Source: Takakia lepidozioides (Eukaryota; Plantae; Bryophyta). Taken from it: a stretch of DNA of 64,000 nt. This document shows, one piece after another, positions 1-13,622 of this stretch. The translations under genes and the position numbers were made by a program. How positions within the stretch are numbered: the stretch's first letter is position 1; the number at the start of each line of letters is the position of its first letter. Location: NCBI GenBank assembly GCA_030704615.1, contig CM060732.1, forward strand, positions 55,862,001-55,926,000. Direction: 5' to 3'. The notes under the pieces were generated by a model. It did no database searches. It was not told where the DNA came from and saw only the letters and a program-made list of their open reading frames with translations.

Positions 1-56
1 GGTTCGATCCGAGAAATATCAACAAAGAGTGAGTTTTTCAGTGGACTATGCAACAG

Positions 57-2403
57 GAATGGAGTTCGGTGAGAGACTGGCTTTCTATGGGATATCCGCG
101 AATCTGGTCAATTACCTCACCAGTGTGTTGCACGAGGGTACAGCACCATCAGCAAAAAATGTGAATAACTGGATTGGTGCCACATTCATTGCGCCTCTAC
201 TTGGAGCTTTTCTTGCAGATGCATACTGGGGTCGCTTCTGGACAATCTTAATTTGCGGATCTGTGTACTTTGTGGTGAGTATTACAAGAATATTCTTGCG
301 CACTGTGTACTCAAGAATTAACGTCTTAATTATGCTTCAAGTAAGCTGTCCGAACGTTGCTAGTTAGTATTGGGAGGACTCTCAGATCATAACTTCCCGA
401 TCGAAATTTGCTTCTACAAATATTCTGACCGGTATACGATATTAATGACTTCAGTTTCTGTTTTTTCATGAATATCTCGATGCAGGGATTGATCATGTTG
501 ACACTCTCAGTTACAGTGCATGCTTTCAAGCCCCCAGAGTGTCCAACTTACATGGAGGATAATGCTAGCTGCCCACGAGCTACCACTACCCAAGTGGAGT
601 TTTTCTATTTTGCTCTCTACCTGATGTCTCTCGGTTCGGGAACGATGAAGCCTTGCATAGCATCATTTGGTGCTGACCAATTCGATGAGGAGGACAAGAT
701 AGAGAACAAAATGAAGAAATCGTTTTTCAATTGGTGGGTTTTTGGTATTAGCATTGGTGGCTTGATATCCGCTACTGTAATGGTTTATATCCAAGACATC
801 AGCTGGGGCTGGGGATTTGGAGTGCCTACGGCGACGATGGGAATATTTCTATGTATATATGTCTCCGGGCTTCGATTCTACAGGCATAAGCGACCAAATG
901 GAAGTCCATTCACCCAGATTGCCCAGGTGCTGGTTGCAGCAGTTCGAAAATGGAATGTAGAGGTACCTAAGTCAGATTCCGCTTTGTTGTATGAGATTCA
1001 AGACCATGAGTCTCTGCTGTTGGGTAGGCGTCCCATTCCACATTCCATTACATTTAGGTAAGACTCTATACACTTTAAGGTTCTTATTTGTTTCTAGAAC
1101 TTAACCGGTGTGCACATAGATGAATTGGAAGAAATCCTGGGGCACGGACGTAGGAGTTTCTTCTTACATTATGGTGCATGCTTTCAGATATGAATGAGTA
1201 TCCATTCCATTCTGTAATTGTCAAGTTGGGAATCTTCAGTAGATATGAAGCTTCAGTAACTTGGACATTGTTAATGTTCAGTCTTATCTCAAATTCTTAA
1301 ACTGCCGCAGGTTTCTTGATAAAGCAGCAATGCTGGAAGACAGATCCAAGTTCGATGTATTAAATCCGGCGGATTCAAGCAGTCCGTGGAGACTGTGCAC
1401 CGTAACGCAGGTGGAGGAAGTGAAGCTTGTGCTCCGCTTGCTGCCTATTTGGATTGCAGCCTTGGTATTTGCAACGTTGCCAGCACAGATTTCTACATTT
1501 TACACACGGCAAGGAACCACTCTCAATGTTAACGTCGGCCCTCATTTAAAAATCCCTGCCGCCTCATTGCAAAGTTTTATTCCGATATCCATCGTCACTT
1601 TAATCCCTCTTTACGACCAAGTCCTTGTTCCAGCCGTCCGCCGGTTCACAGGCAATGTGCGAGGTATTACAATGCTGCAGCGGATTGGCATCGGTCTAGT
1701 AATTTCCCTTGTTTCGATGGTGGCTGCAGCCGTGACAGAGATCAAGAGAGTCCAGGTACGTGTACTATTTTCCCACTTCTATCAAAGCTCTAGATAATAT
1801 AATCGACACCACTGCCTGTGATTGCATGCGGCATTCACCAGGAGTCAAGGCCCGTAAGTCTAAGATTAGCATATTACGCAGGTGCTACCGCATGGAGTTA
1901 TTAGAATTTAGCATTGCCTTTGTCCTCTGACACGATTTACGGACCTTATTTCTGGGGTGAATCTTCAGGTGGCAAAACATCATGGTCTTCTTGATAAACC
2001 CGAAATGACAGTTCCCCTGAGCGTTTTTGTGCTTCTTCCACAATATGTGTTGCTGGGAGCTGCAGAGGTATTTACCAGCATAGGAGCACTGGAGTTTTTT
2101 TACGACCAAGCTCCAGACTCCATGAGGAGCCTGGGAACAGCCCTCTTCCTCAGCACAATTGGAGTTGGGAATTTCTTAAGTAGCATTCTCCTCTCTGGAA
2201 TTGTTAAGCTTACCAGTCATGGGGATAGAGGCTGGTTTGTTGACAATCTCAATCGATGTCGTCTGGACTACTTTTATTGGCTTCTGGCAGGCCTGGGCGC
2301 ACTCAACCTGTGCTTCTTCATGGTTTTGGCACACTGGTACAAATACAAGAAGACTGAAAGCATTGTCCAGCTTACAAAATTGTCAGGATCTACTTCATTG
2401 TAA
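57..2403 (+). CDS. NPF: NRT1/PTR family (NPF) nitrate/peptide transporter, 5' end outside window; exons 57-274, 486-1057, 1311-1755, 1969-2403
   Basis: Family motifs ExxER (MEFGERLAFYG), GAFLADAYWGRF, FGADQFDE, SFFNWW, CTVTQVEEVK, LEFFYDQAPDSMRSLG and DNLNRCRLDYFYWLLA. GT-AG junctions read from the sequence keep the frame, including a 218-nt first visible exon. Confidence 0.95.
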
Positions 2404-4124
2404 GTAATTGTCAGAGCGTATCAAGGACATCCGTTGCTGTACATTATGCCTCATGATACTCAGCGATAAGACACTCTTTTCATCGAACAGTTTTCAAGTC
2501 CCAGTGCAATTGCAGAACACTTCCTTCCTTGTATAACTCTGGGCACCATACATATTGTTACACCTCAAGTGAATAGAACTTTATCTAGATCCACTCTCAG
2601 CAGCTGACCCCTTTATAACTACAAATGCCGACACTAATTAAGACTATATCATGAATAAGATCAATCAATTGCAATGTTGCAATGTTTTTGCTACGTACCC
2701 AGTACATGCATTTGAGCATAGCTTGTATGAGCAGGCTCTGTAGGTGGAAGTGATGAATGCGGTCTCAGCTGTCCAGACCAAATATTGTCCATGCATGCAA
2801 GAGGTGGACATATTTTACAAAGGCCGTAGCTAAGTTGATAAATCACAGGTGCCCATCTCTTTGCACATGATACCTGCAACTTGAATCTCGTTCCTAACAC
2901 TTGAGCAGTACTTCTTAGCTATGGTCATGGACAAAATCACCTCACCAGGAGAGGAAAAGTGTAGTTGTTGGTGTATGGTAGGAATCCTGTAACTGTGTCT
3001 GTACATTAGAGACATATATATGGTGCATTTTATCCATGTATGAGACTGTCATTGGCATGGTCAAGGTTGCAGGGAGTTCTCCACGGAGGTGCACAGCAAC
3101 ATTGGGGTCAAATAGGGCTGCCCTCTCTCCCCCACTCTATTTGGCATCTATATACATGCTTTGGAAGGATACATTGCAAAGAATAATGGAGTGGGTACCT
3201 TTGGATGGGATCAGTACTCCTCTACGCTGGACCGACTATGCGCGATTGCGTCAGAAACTACACAGAGATAGAAAGTGAAAAACGTTTTTCTTTCAGTGCA
3301 ACGAAAACGATGAGATCCGTGGGAGATTCAACTGTCTATTCCGGGATACCCAACTCTTCCAGTACTTAGTAAATGACTAAACAAAACTCACAGAAGTATC
3401 AAGTATCAACCTACTTCTTCATTGCAAGTAAACACAAGAATACACGAGAACACCAAAAGATGCACACTGGGCTCAGGGCTCAATGCACGAGAGACGTACT
3501 CAGCAGGAGAGGAGCTAACGAGCTAACGTATCGGGAACACCAGTTCAAACGCTCAAACTCAAATGCCAATAAGAAGTAGCTACTAATAATGTGAGGCGGA
3601 TGCCAACTAGATATGATACGACAGGTATCTACAAGTAATATGATCTGGAAGTCTACTGTCACTTACGTGAAGCATTGACTCTAGACAATCCCGTGTGCTT
3701 CAGATGCTTTGGGCTGTTAGTGGCCTTCTCTCTTTCTTGTTTCTTTCTTCCCTCTTGTCCCCTAAGCTCTTTTAGTTTCCTGCGGACATTGTAAAGTACC
3801 ATTTCATCTACCAAGCAAGTTATATTATTAGGCTTGGTACCCAGCATATCGTCCACCATTTGCAATAATATTTAACTTAGGTTCGAATGCAAACCACCGC
3901 GCACTCTACTTGGCCCTTGGAAGCACCCTCAACCACACAGACACGCCTACGCTTGGGCTCAAGAGCCATATGTTGGGAGCGTGCTGATGTTTCTTAGAAA
4001 GAGGTTATTTTTCTTCTACAAACGCCCATGTGTTTCCATTTCATGACAAAAGAATGACCCTTTACAAAAGTAAAGATTAATTGTGACCTTTCCAGACACC
4101 ATGCACTTTTGCATGTTGCTTGTG

Positions 4125-7100
4125 TCACCAATAATCTCCACAAGAACAAACCCCGTCTTGGAACTGGTGAAAGCGGTTGGCATCCCGTACAATAATTGCT
4201 CTCCCAACAATCTTTGCGATGAACTTGGTGGCTGTGTGGCAGTCACCACAGACCCGGAGGTTCTTGATGAGACGGAGAGGCATCCCAGGGGATGTGCTGA
4301 TGAGCCCAAAAGCAATGGCCAGCTTCTCACTGTGGCGGCCGAGTGAAAATTGTTTTTGCTCGTCCTCCACATCATGCAATACAAAACGCGTGTCAGGCAC
4401 GTACCCAGCCTCCTTCATTTGCCCAGATAATCTCTTCAGCTCAGCATGGATTTCTTTAATTTGGGGATGCAGTGTGTCTTCTACAACAAAGGTATGCACC
4501 TGGTTGCCCACCTCAATGCAACAGCACCCTGGCTCCTTAATGACACCTCTGTCCTGCATCATTTTCCTCACCTTTGCAGTATCATCCCACCTGCCAGCCG
4601 CAGCATAGATGTTTGAAAGTAGCACGTAAGTTGCTGCGTCCTGCGGATCCCACTTAAGAAGGCATTTTGCAGCACATTCTGCCACCTCCACGTTGCCATG
4701 AATTCTGCAAGCACCAAGCAAGGCCCCCCATGTTGACGCTGCTGGTTGGATTGGCATCTTGTTGATTAAGGCTAGTGCCTCATCCAATTGCCCTGCACGC
4801 CCGAGAAGGTCCACCATGCAGCCAAAATGCTCCACTGTAGGAGTCAGTCCATATTCTTGACTGATGGAATCAAAATAATGGTGGCCTTCATCCACTAGGC
4901 CCACATGGCTACATGCAGAGAGAACACATACAAAGGTGATACAATCTGGCTTCATACCTTCCAGTTGCATTTGTCCAAATAGTTGCAGGGCCTCCGTAGC
5001 ACGCCCATGCTGAGCATATCCTGCAATCATCACATTCCAGGAGACCACATCTCGTAGAGCCATATTGTCAAACATTTGACGTGCATCCTTTATGTTCCCG
5101 CATTTGACCCACATATTAGCAAGAGCAGTCTCAAGAATAATATTTGGTGTGATGCCAGCTTTGATGATGTGGGCTTGGACCTCTTTGCCCAATTCCAGGG
5201 CTGCCAGGCTGGCACACGCCTTGAGAACACAAACAAATGTGATCTTGTTGGGCAACACACCTTCCCCTGTCATTTGCTCATAAATTGCCAAAGCCTGTCT
5301 ACCACACCCATGCTGAGCATATCCTGTGATCAAGGCATTCCATGACACCACATCGGGCTCGAACCCCTCCAGTTGCATTTGATTAAATACTTGCAGGGCC
5401 TCCCTCCCACACCCATGCTGAGCATATCCTGAGATCATTGTACTCCATGACACCACATCTCGCTTAGCCATATTGTTGAACACTTCACGCGCATCCTTAA
5501 GGCTCCCACATTTAGCATACATAGCAACAAGTGCAGTGTCCAGAATCATATCTGGGGCAACTCTGGCTTTGCTGAGGTCAGCATGAATATCTATGCCCTT
5601 TTCCAGGGCTGCCCGCCTTGCACACGCATTAAGAACACAAATGAACGTGACTCTGTTCGGCCTCACACCTTCCCTTATCATTTGCTCGTAGATCTCAAAA
5701 GGCTCCGTACCATGCCCATGCTGAGCATATCCTGCAATCAACGTGTTCCATGAGATTACATCTTGCTTAGCCATATTATCAAATACTAGGCGTGCATCCT
5801 TCATGCTCTTGCATTTGGCATACATGTCAACAAGGGTATTCTCTAGAATGCCGTCTGGCAGAACTCCAGCTTTGATGATGTCAGCATGGATCTCTTTGCC
5901 CTTTTCCAAGTTTGCCAGGCTTGCACATGCCTTGAGGACACAAATGAATGTGACCCTATTGGGCATCACCCCTTCCGCTATAATTTGCTCATACATCTGG
6001 AGGGACTCCATACCACACTCATGCTTGGCATATCCTGCCATCATAATGTTCCATGAGATTATATCTCGCTCAGGCATCTTGTCAAACACTATGCGTGCAT
6101 CCATCACACTTCCACACTTGGCATACATGTTGACGAGGGTGTTGTGTAGAAAGATGTTTGGCCTAAATCCACTTCCAATAATGTTGGCATGCACCTGCTT
6201 TCCCACTGCTAGGCAATTCATCTTAGTGCACTCCTGCAAGAGATTGCCATAGGTGTCGGAATCTGTGGAAATGCCTCCTTGGTTCAAAATGTGTAGCGCC
6301 TCTTTCAGTTGTCCTGCCTCACATAACCTCCTCACATACCCACAAGTGCCAGAACAGTTGTTGTAGACAACTCCTCTTCCTTCTTTTTCAAAAGCAGTGG
6401 TCATGGTGGAGGCACACAACTGTGCTGCTGCTTCTTCCAGCTGACCATTTTCCCACGCAGGGTTCTTGGAGCTACCAATCCACAATGCCTTGTTGGTGGT
6501 GCACATGTGCCTGTAATCTGGTCCTCTGAGATTTATCTATACCCACACTCCATCCCGGCCTGCTTCAGCTATCCCTGCCTCCACAGAAAAAACGAAAAGA
6601 AGCACCTTCCCACCGGTAAATGTGACTTAGCATGCGTGTGTGAGAGGGAACTTGAGAGGGAATACATTGTGGAAAGCTGGCTACAGAATATTCCTGCCTG
6701 TGGGTACTAATCTTCCCAGGGTTGGTCGTGGGGTGTAAGCCCACAAGCATATGGAATAGTAGGCCTAGTTTGTCGATACTGCCAGCTCACACAGTTAAAA
6801 ACGATCTGTCTACAAGGGATTGAGTGCCTATCAACATCAAGATTCGAAAGCAGGACAACATTAGCACTGCTACTTTAGGCCAAGTCAAATATGACAGGAG
6901 TGACTGCTGGTGCAATACCAGTTAAATGAGAGAGGCATTGACCCTTGCAATGTGTCGCCTGAGTGCCAGTAAGATATTCTGCCCGCCTTCTAGGGGTGAG
7001 GATTCCAGACAACAGTGTATTGGAGACAGCACAGTGCTCGGCCACAGACAATGATATGTCAGGTGCAGGGAATTGGAATACTGGATAAAAATGTGCTAGG

Positions 7101-7824
7101 GCTAGCATTCCCCAAGTACCAGAAATAATCATTCATTCTAGCACAGCTCATGAAGCTGTGAATGTGGTTGTCTAGTCACAGGGAAGTGAGTATAGATTGA
7201 AGCCCCAGGATATTTACACTGGCTAGAAAGCATGCCATATGAATGTGGTTACACTTCCAGTCAGTGTTCAGGGAATGGGCACACAAAAGAGAGAGACAAC
7301 CTCATGGTGGTACAGTTACTTTGCAAGTTTCAATCATTTTCTGCTTCTACTGTAGCACCGCAGGCATTTACCTTCTTCTCTCGACTGTGCCACCATTGAC
7401 TGGGCTTTGAAAGATAGCCGTTCCAAAGTTTCTCTTCATGTCTGTTTTGGTCTTCTGGGTATTTGCCTTTGGTGTAACCTTCATTGTCCAATGTCAGCAC
7501 GCGTGGACGTGGCCAGTCCGTTTCCTTCACCTCCAGGCACCCTTCATCCTCATCGCCCTGTCCAATAAACTGGTCCTCATCTGCTGTTCTCCAATGCCCT
7601 GGCTTGAAGCTGTTCGAAAGAAGTCTCAATGTCCTGCGGTTCGGAAAGTAGTATGCAGTGTACAGCCCACACCTTCTTGAAACTTGCAGCCCAGGCCCAC
7701 AAGTGCACCCAGCGTAGGCTCGAGGAGGCTTGTGAGGGAAGCCTCGAGAACAGTAGACGGCAGAGCATGTCTCTACGGGTGCTACGCTTAGAGTATGCGC
7801 TGCCATGCTTCTCCGTCTCCACAT
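4125..7824 (-). CDS. PLS-class PPR-E-DYW C-to-U editing factor (copy 1) with N-terminal transit-peptide-like region and OSB-type PDF motif; exons 7824-7372 and 6536-4125 (about 954 aa)
   Basis: 15 PLS motifs, E1/E2, PG box (KEPGCCCIE), HSEKLA, CGDCH, terminal CSCGDYW. Exon 1 ends ...PSQWWHSREKK|GTAAAT. Exon 2 starts tag|INLRGPDYRHMCTTNKALWIGSSKNPAW in phase 0, in frame with ORF 4125..6506. The start could be ATG 7824 or 7806. Confidence 0.88.
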
Positions 7825-9278
7825 GATCTTCTGCAAAACCTTTGACCACTCCTCTCAGCAGATGAGTAGACCAGCTACACATCATGCAAAGTATGAGACC
7901 CGATTGCAACAAGAAATCACCGTGAACCCAGTGTGTCACATACAACGGCCATAACCCAGACTGGGAACTTCAACCATTCATCTGTGAACGTTGGAACCTT
8001 TCTACTACCTATGTGTTCATATCGTCAAGACAACATTCAGTCGCTGGAGGAACAAGACCGATCACAGAAAGCTCACAACACTTACTGTGGTCCGTGGGTC
8101 TAGCTGATGACTGCTTCTGCAGCTTCCTGCCAGCTAGCTCTCAACAAGCTTTTGTGGTAGGTATCATGACAATCTGTGATGTAGGGATACGACACAACTG
8201 GCCACATATCTGGTAGTGAATACTGGCACAGGTGCAAATTTGGATGAGGGAGATAGGATGGAAGGTGATCTAATGGAGATTTCAGACAAACCGCTCGAGA
8301 GATTGCTGCGTCTGCTCGGACACATTTTGAGATGGCGGCAGAAGCAGGGGAGAATCTTGCTCTCGAATGGTTGACTAGGCTGCCCCCTGCTGCCCCCACA
8401 GATTATCTGTGACTCATTTCAGTGATCTGGGGTCTAACCCACTCTCTGCTGAAGACAGCAGGGAGCAAATGTGCCTGTGTCGAAAAGTTGCTTGTCACCT
8501 TGAAATTTTCTTGATGGGAGGGATGTGCATTCTGTCTGTCTCAAGCGCTACCTGAACAAGACCAGCCACCCTGCTCTCCATTACTACAAACTGTATGATG
8601 GTAAACCATCTTCATATCAAGGTTCAACCGCACAGAACAGAATGGACTAGGAAGAGTATTTGTGGAAACTTGTGTTGGTTGAAAGTGTGTAACTCCAATT
8701 CTTCCCATCATAGGAATTATCACAGTTGATCTTTGTTGGTGCTTTAGCATATGACGGAGCACAAGTGGCTTTCTACCCACATTCTCTACAAAGTAAGTCA
8801 AATACTTTTATTCTGAGCTTTTTGGGAGAGAGAAGGTGGGGAGGGAAACTGTACACAGCTAGGGTCAGATGCACTATCTCATCCGAGGAATGTGCCCTAA
8901 TTACAGCTTTCAGTGTTAAATCTTGGACATAGGTTCTCTCTTACGTCAGGGTAAACAATACAGATCAAGTAGAATCTATGGATTCTGATCGAGTCCATGT
9001 AAGACATGGATATGAAATGCAGGTGCTTGCATCTGTTCACCTCCATAGATTTTGGGATCTTCTTGCATCGTTTCTTGTAATCTGTATAAAACATCTGAGA
9101 AGGTTATCACTGACTTCACTGCTGCTGTGAGATATTGGTACCCCAATCGCGGTTGTCACAAAGGGCAGCTCACAGATGCATTAGGTTCCAGACTACCCTT
9201 TGGTGACAAAGAATAGCAAATGCTGACCTTCTGTCCGACCCTTTGAACTCTCACATTTCTTTCGTTAATGTTGACTAT

Positions 9279-12031
9279 TCATCAATAATCCCCACACGAA
9301 CACACCCCATCTTTGAAGTGGTGAAAGCGTTTTGCATCCCGAACAGCAATTGCTTGCCCAACAATCTTTGAGATGAACTTGGTGGCTGTGTGGCAATCAC
9401 CACACACCCGAAGGTTCTTGATGACACAAATAGGCATACCAGGATGTGTGCTGATGATTCCAAAGGCAATGGCCAGCTTCTCACTGTGGTGGCAAAGAGA
9501 AGATTCTCGTTGTTCTTCTTCCAGCTCATGCAATACAAAACGCGTATCAGGCACATACCCGGCCTCCTTCATCTGCCCAGCCAACCTCTTCAGCTCAGCA
9601 TGGATTTCCTCAATTTGTGGATGCAGTTTGTCATCTACAACAAATGTATGCATCTGCTTGTTAACCTCAATGCAGCTCCACCCTCGCTCCTTTCTGACTC
9701 CTCTGTCCTCCATCATCTTTCTCACCTTTGCTTTATCGTCCCACCTGCCAGCTGCAGCATAGATGTTTGAGGGCAGCACGTAGGCTGCAGGGTGGTGTGG
9801 ATCCGATTCGAGAAGGCCTTTTGCTGCACGCTCTGCTAGCTTCAAATCACTGTGAACTCTACAGGCACCAAGCAAGGCCCCCCACACGGATGCACCTGGT
9901 TTGATTGGCATCTTGTTTATCAAGTTGTCTGCCTCATCCAACCGCCCGGCACGGCCAAGAAGGTCAACCATGCAGCTAAAATGCTCCACCGTAGGTGTGA
10001 GGCCATGATTTCGACTCATGGAATCAAAGAACTGATGGCCTTCATCCACTAGGCCCGCATGACTACATGCAGAGAGAAGAGATATAAAGGTTATACCATT
10101 TGGCCTCAAGCCTTCGAGTTCCATGCGGTGAAAGAGTTGTAGGGCCTCCCTACCATATCCATTCTGGCCACATCCTGCGATCATCACAGTCCATGAGACC
10201 ACATTTCGTTTAGCCATACTGTCAAACACTTCGCATGCATCCTCCATGCTCCCACATTTCGCATACATGTCCACAAGGGTATTCTCCATAATCATATCTG
10301 ATGAAATCCCAGCTTTGATGATGTCACCATGGACCTCCTTGCCCTTTGCTAGTGCTCCGAGGCTGGCACAGGCACTGAGAATGCTAGTGAATGTGACCCT
10401 GTCGGGTGTGACACCTTCCCGTTGCATTTGCTCGTAGAGCTTGAAAGCCTCCTCAGCATGCCCGCTCTTGGCATATCCTGCCAACATCATAGTCCACGTA
10501 AACAAATCTCGTTCAGGCATTTCATTAAATACTTGGCATGCGTCCACCAGGCTCCCACACTTGGCATACATGTTCACAAGAGCACTGAGTAAGAAGATGT
10601 CTGGCTTGAGCCCAGCTTTGATGATGTGCATGCACTTGTTTGCCCTTTTCCAGGACTCCTAAGCTGGCACAAACATTGAGAATGCAAGTGAAGGTGACCC
10701 TGTTAGGTGTCACCCCTTCCCCTTTCATTTCCTCGTAGATTTTGAAAGCATCCTCAGCATGCCCATGCTTGGCATATCCTGCCATTAGCATTGTCCATGT
10801 ATGAATATCTCGTTTAGGCATTTTGTCAAACACTTTGCATGCATCCACAAGGCTTCCACAGTTGGCATACATATTCACAAGAGTGTTGCGTACAAAGATG
10901 TTTTGCTTGAATCTACTTTGGATAATGTGGTCATGCACCTGCTTTCCCTCTTCAAGGTCATTTGTATTGATGCACTCCCGCAAGAGACCAACATAAATAT
11001 TGGAGTCTGCCTGAATGCCTCGTTTGCTGGCCTGTTCCAAAAACAGCACTGATTATCGAGGTATTGCCCCTGCTGCTGGTCTGATGTCCTGCAGTCAATT
11101 GTGCCCGATTCAACCCTGTCATCCTACATGACGGAAACTCTTAGTCAAGTAACGTTAAACTGAAACTCGCTCAACATATACTTCAAAGAAAGAAGATTTT
11201 ATGACAAGCTTTTGTTGCACATTAAGAAGCTTACAAACCTACTGCAGTCATCTACTTTGAGAATGCACTACACCCTTTCTTCTATCCTGTTTCAGTTGGA
11301 ACCTGGTGTCATCGTAAGAATAATACCCGTTGATTTTTTGGCCTCGGTCTGAGGGGCATACATCCGCATTAAAACCATCACCAGACTGTACTTGACCTTT
11401 GATCACGGCAGCTGGCTCTGCTTTTGGATGCGAGATACTGTCAACTAGAAGGACCCCTTTTGTGCGCTTATCTGTGAAGCTTGAACTTTCCTGTGAGCAG
11501 TCATAGCTTAGCCTGATATCGACCAGGCTACGACTACCAAAAGCCCTAACCATCTTCAAACAGCAAGTAGTAACCTTGAGAACCCTACTTTCATGTCCTG
11601 TTGACAAGGGAAAACAACCTACTGAGAGCCACAGTAGTTTTCACTTTCACAATGAAGAGCAAAGCAACTGCAGATGCAATCCAGTCTACAGAACATCATC
11701 ACGCCAGATTTTGACGAAGCCATCCTTGATAACTCTGTCGCATCCTAATTCAAGATGGCCTCACCTTATCAAACCTGGTGTTCCCCCACTGTGGAAAATT
11801 TGAGAAGAACTCTTGCCAAAGCTGTTCTCCCCCTCCTGGTTGCTGGGGAGGCGTCATAAACATCACTCGCGAGGGTCTCGAACGCTGTATTGTCAAGCTG
11901 GATACCCATTTCAGCTCCACAGCCTGACCCATTAATCTGCTACATGATCTGAGATCCCCTTCCCAAGGAACCGACATGACCTCACGTATACATTCCGCCT
12001 GCGCGCTCAGAAAGCCGGAGCATGCTGCCAT
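9279..12031 (-). pseudogene. PPR-E-DYW copy 2, pseudogene (11 PLS motifs) with degenerate PDF exons (12031-11765, 11490 onward)
   Basis: Frameshifts near 11040 (extra base in GTTTTTGGAAC) and near 10630 (2-nt loss in CATGCACATCATC). The terminal Trp codon reads TGA (GAT TAT TGA TGA), and LLSN has become LPSN. Exon 1 ends LWQEFFSNFPQWGNTRFDK|GTGAGG. Confidence 0.85.
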
Positions 12032-13622
12032 CCGAATTGCTGAGAATGGGTGCAAATCTAAAACTTCACACTGAACCTGGCGTGTATCATGTCAAAGCTA
12101 CATGGTATGACTGCTTTGATATCGCGTACACTTTCACTTGGGGACTGGGATTTCGGAACTGCAGCAAGCACTTGCCTGACAGGAAATTTCAAGCAGCTAT
12201 CTCTTTCCTAGATGTTTTATAACAGATGTGAGACCTTGCTTGAAATAGATTCAGTCTGCACATTAAGTGTGATCGAATGGAGTGTGAGATTGGTAATCAC
12301 GTGTGTCCTAATTTTACACTAATCTACTACAACATGTAGTAGTCCGGCTACCTCGTACAGTTAGCAGCTCGGGCATTACGGCACAAATGCTTCTGAATGC
12401 AGAACTTAGACTCTCTAGTTCTTGGACCTTCCGAGTTCAGGTTTTTCACAAGGTGTGTTACGGTTTCAGCGTTTTTGGATCTGTAGTAAAGTGTCCGAGT
12501 TAGAAAGCTGAGCTCTATTTCCCATGCAACTTTTTTCCATTCATTAATAGGTGTGCCAGTTTGATTTGTCAAGTCTGCATGGAAGAGAGAAATATATTAC
12601 ATCCACAAGAGGGTCAGATTGAGAGGGACATGTACTTTTTAACTATCCAGCACACTTTGCACTAAATGTCAGTGAAGTGTAGAAAGAGAAATAGGGATGC
12701 TTCCAGGAGACAAAGCAACTCTTCAAAGGGATTGGATGGTGTTTGGTTGGCAAAGCTTGGGCAGCCTAAATTCCTTTGGAGGAACGATCATTTCTAGCCA
12801 CTCGAGTATGCATTGAGGATGATTTGCAAACAAGACACAAGGTGAGTCCGTCCCAAAACTTCTTTCCTCTCTTGTATCTGCAGCTTTTGTTGCTGCAAGG
12901 CTCTGGCATCTACGATTGAAAATGTATTCAGGTTTATGATTCGGCCACAAGTATTCCCATCTCCTTGCGGATACTGAGCCAATATACCTTGCGATACTGA
13001 TACTGAGCTGGGAATAGTGACAAATGTGAGGGCAAACTTACTTGGAATATATTAAGATAGTCTTGCCTCAACTGATCTGATCATTTAGTGCCTCGTGTAA
13101 GTGAACTATCCCCGTCATCTCAGAAAAATTTCTGGGTCCTGCATCAGAAGACCATGTGAGCAAGCATCTCATTTGACTGTGCATGCCCTGTTGAACTTCT
13201 GTACAGCTGCCAGAAAGGTATCACAACAAACTGCTGTGCAGTTCAATGTGCCATAATATCAAGTGTTCTTAGCGTGGGAGCCACCAATAGTGGGAATCTA
13301 CAAATAAAAAAATTCTGACTTAGCTGCGAGGACATGACAACTAAAACGAAACTTTAGGGTCTGAGCTCACTCTAGTTGATGTCTCTAGCTGGACGGCGGT
13401 CTGTCTTCTCCGTGTGTCTCAAAACACGGAGCTTCTGCAATAGCTGAACTTCACTTTTGAACTGCTCTCACAATCATCATGCATGAGGCTCTGTGTCCCC
13501 TAACTTGGTCCACCATGCGAGGAGCAATGTCATAGAGGCAATTTTGGGAGTTTTGACTCAGTGATCATGACCAATGGCGGCGACGGAAAGTGTGCAATAC
13601 TGACTATCAGAGCCACTGCGTT

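Noticed and set aside
3311-3870. Possible solo LTR or copia remnant
   Set aside because: TG..CA candidates lack a matching TSD and the peptide similarity is too weak.
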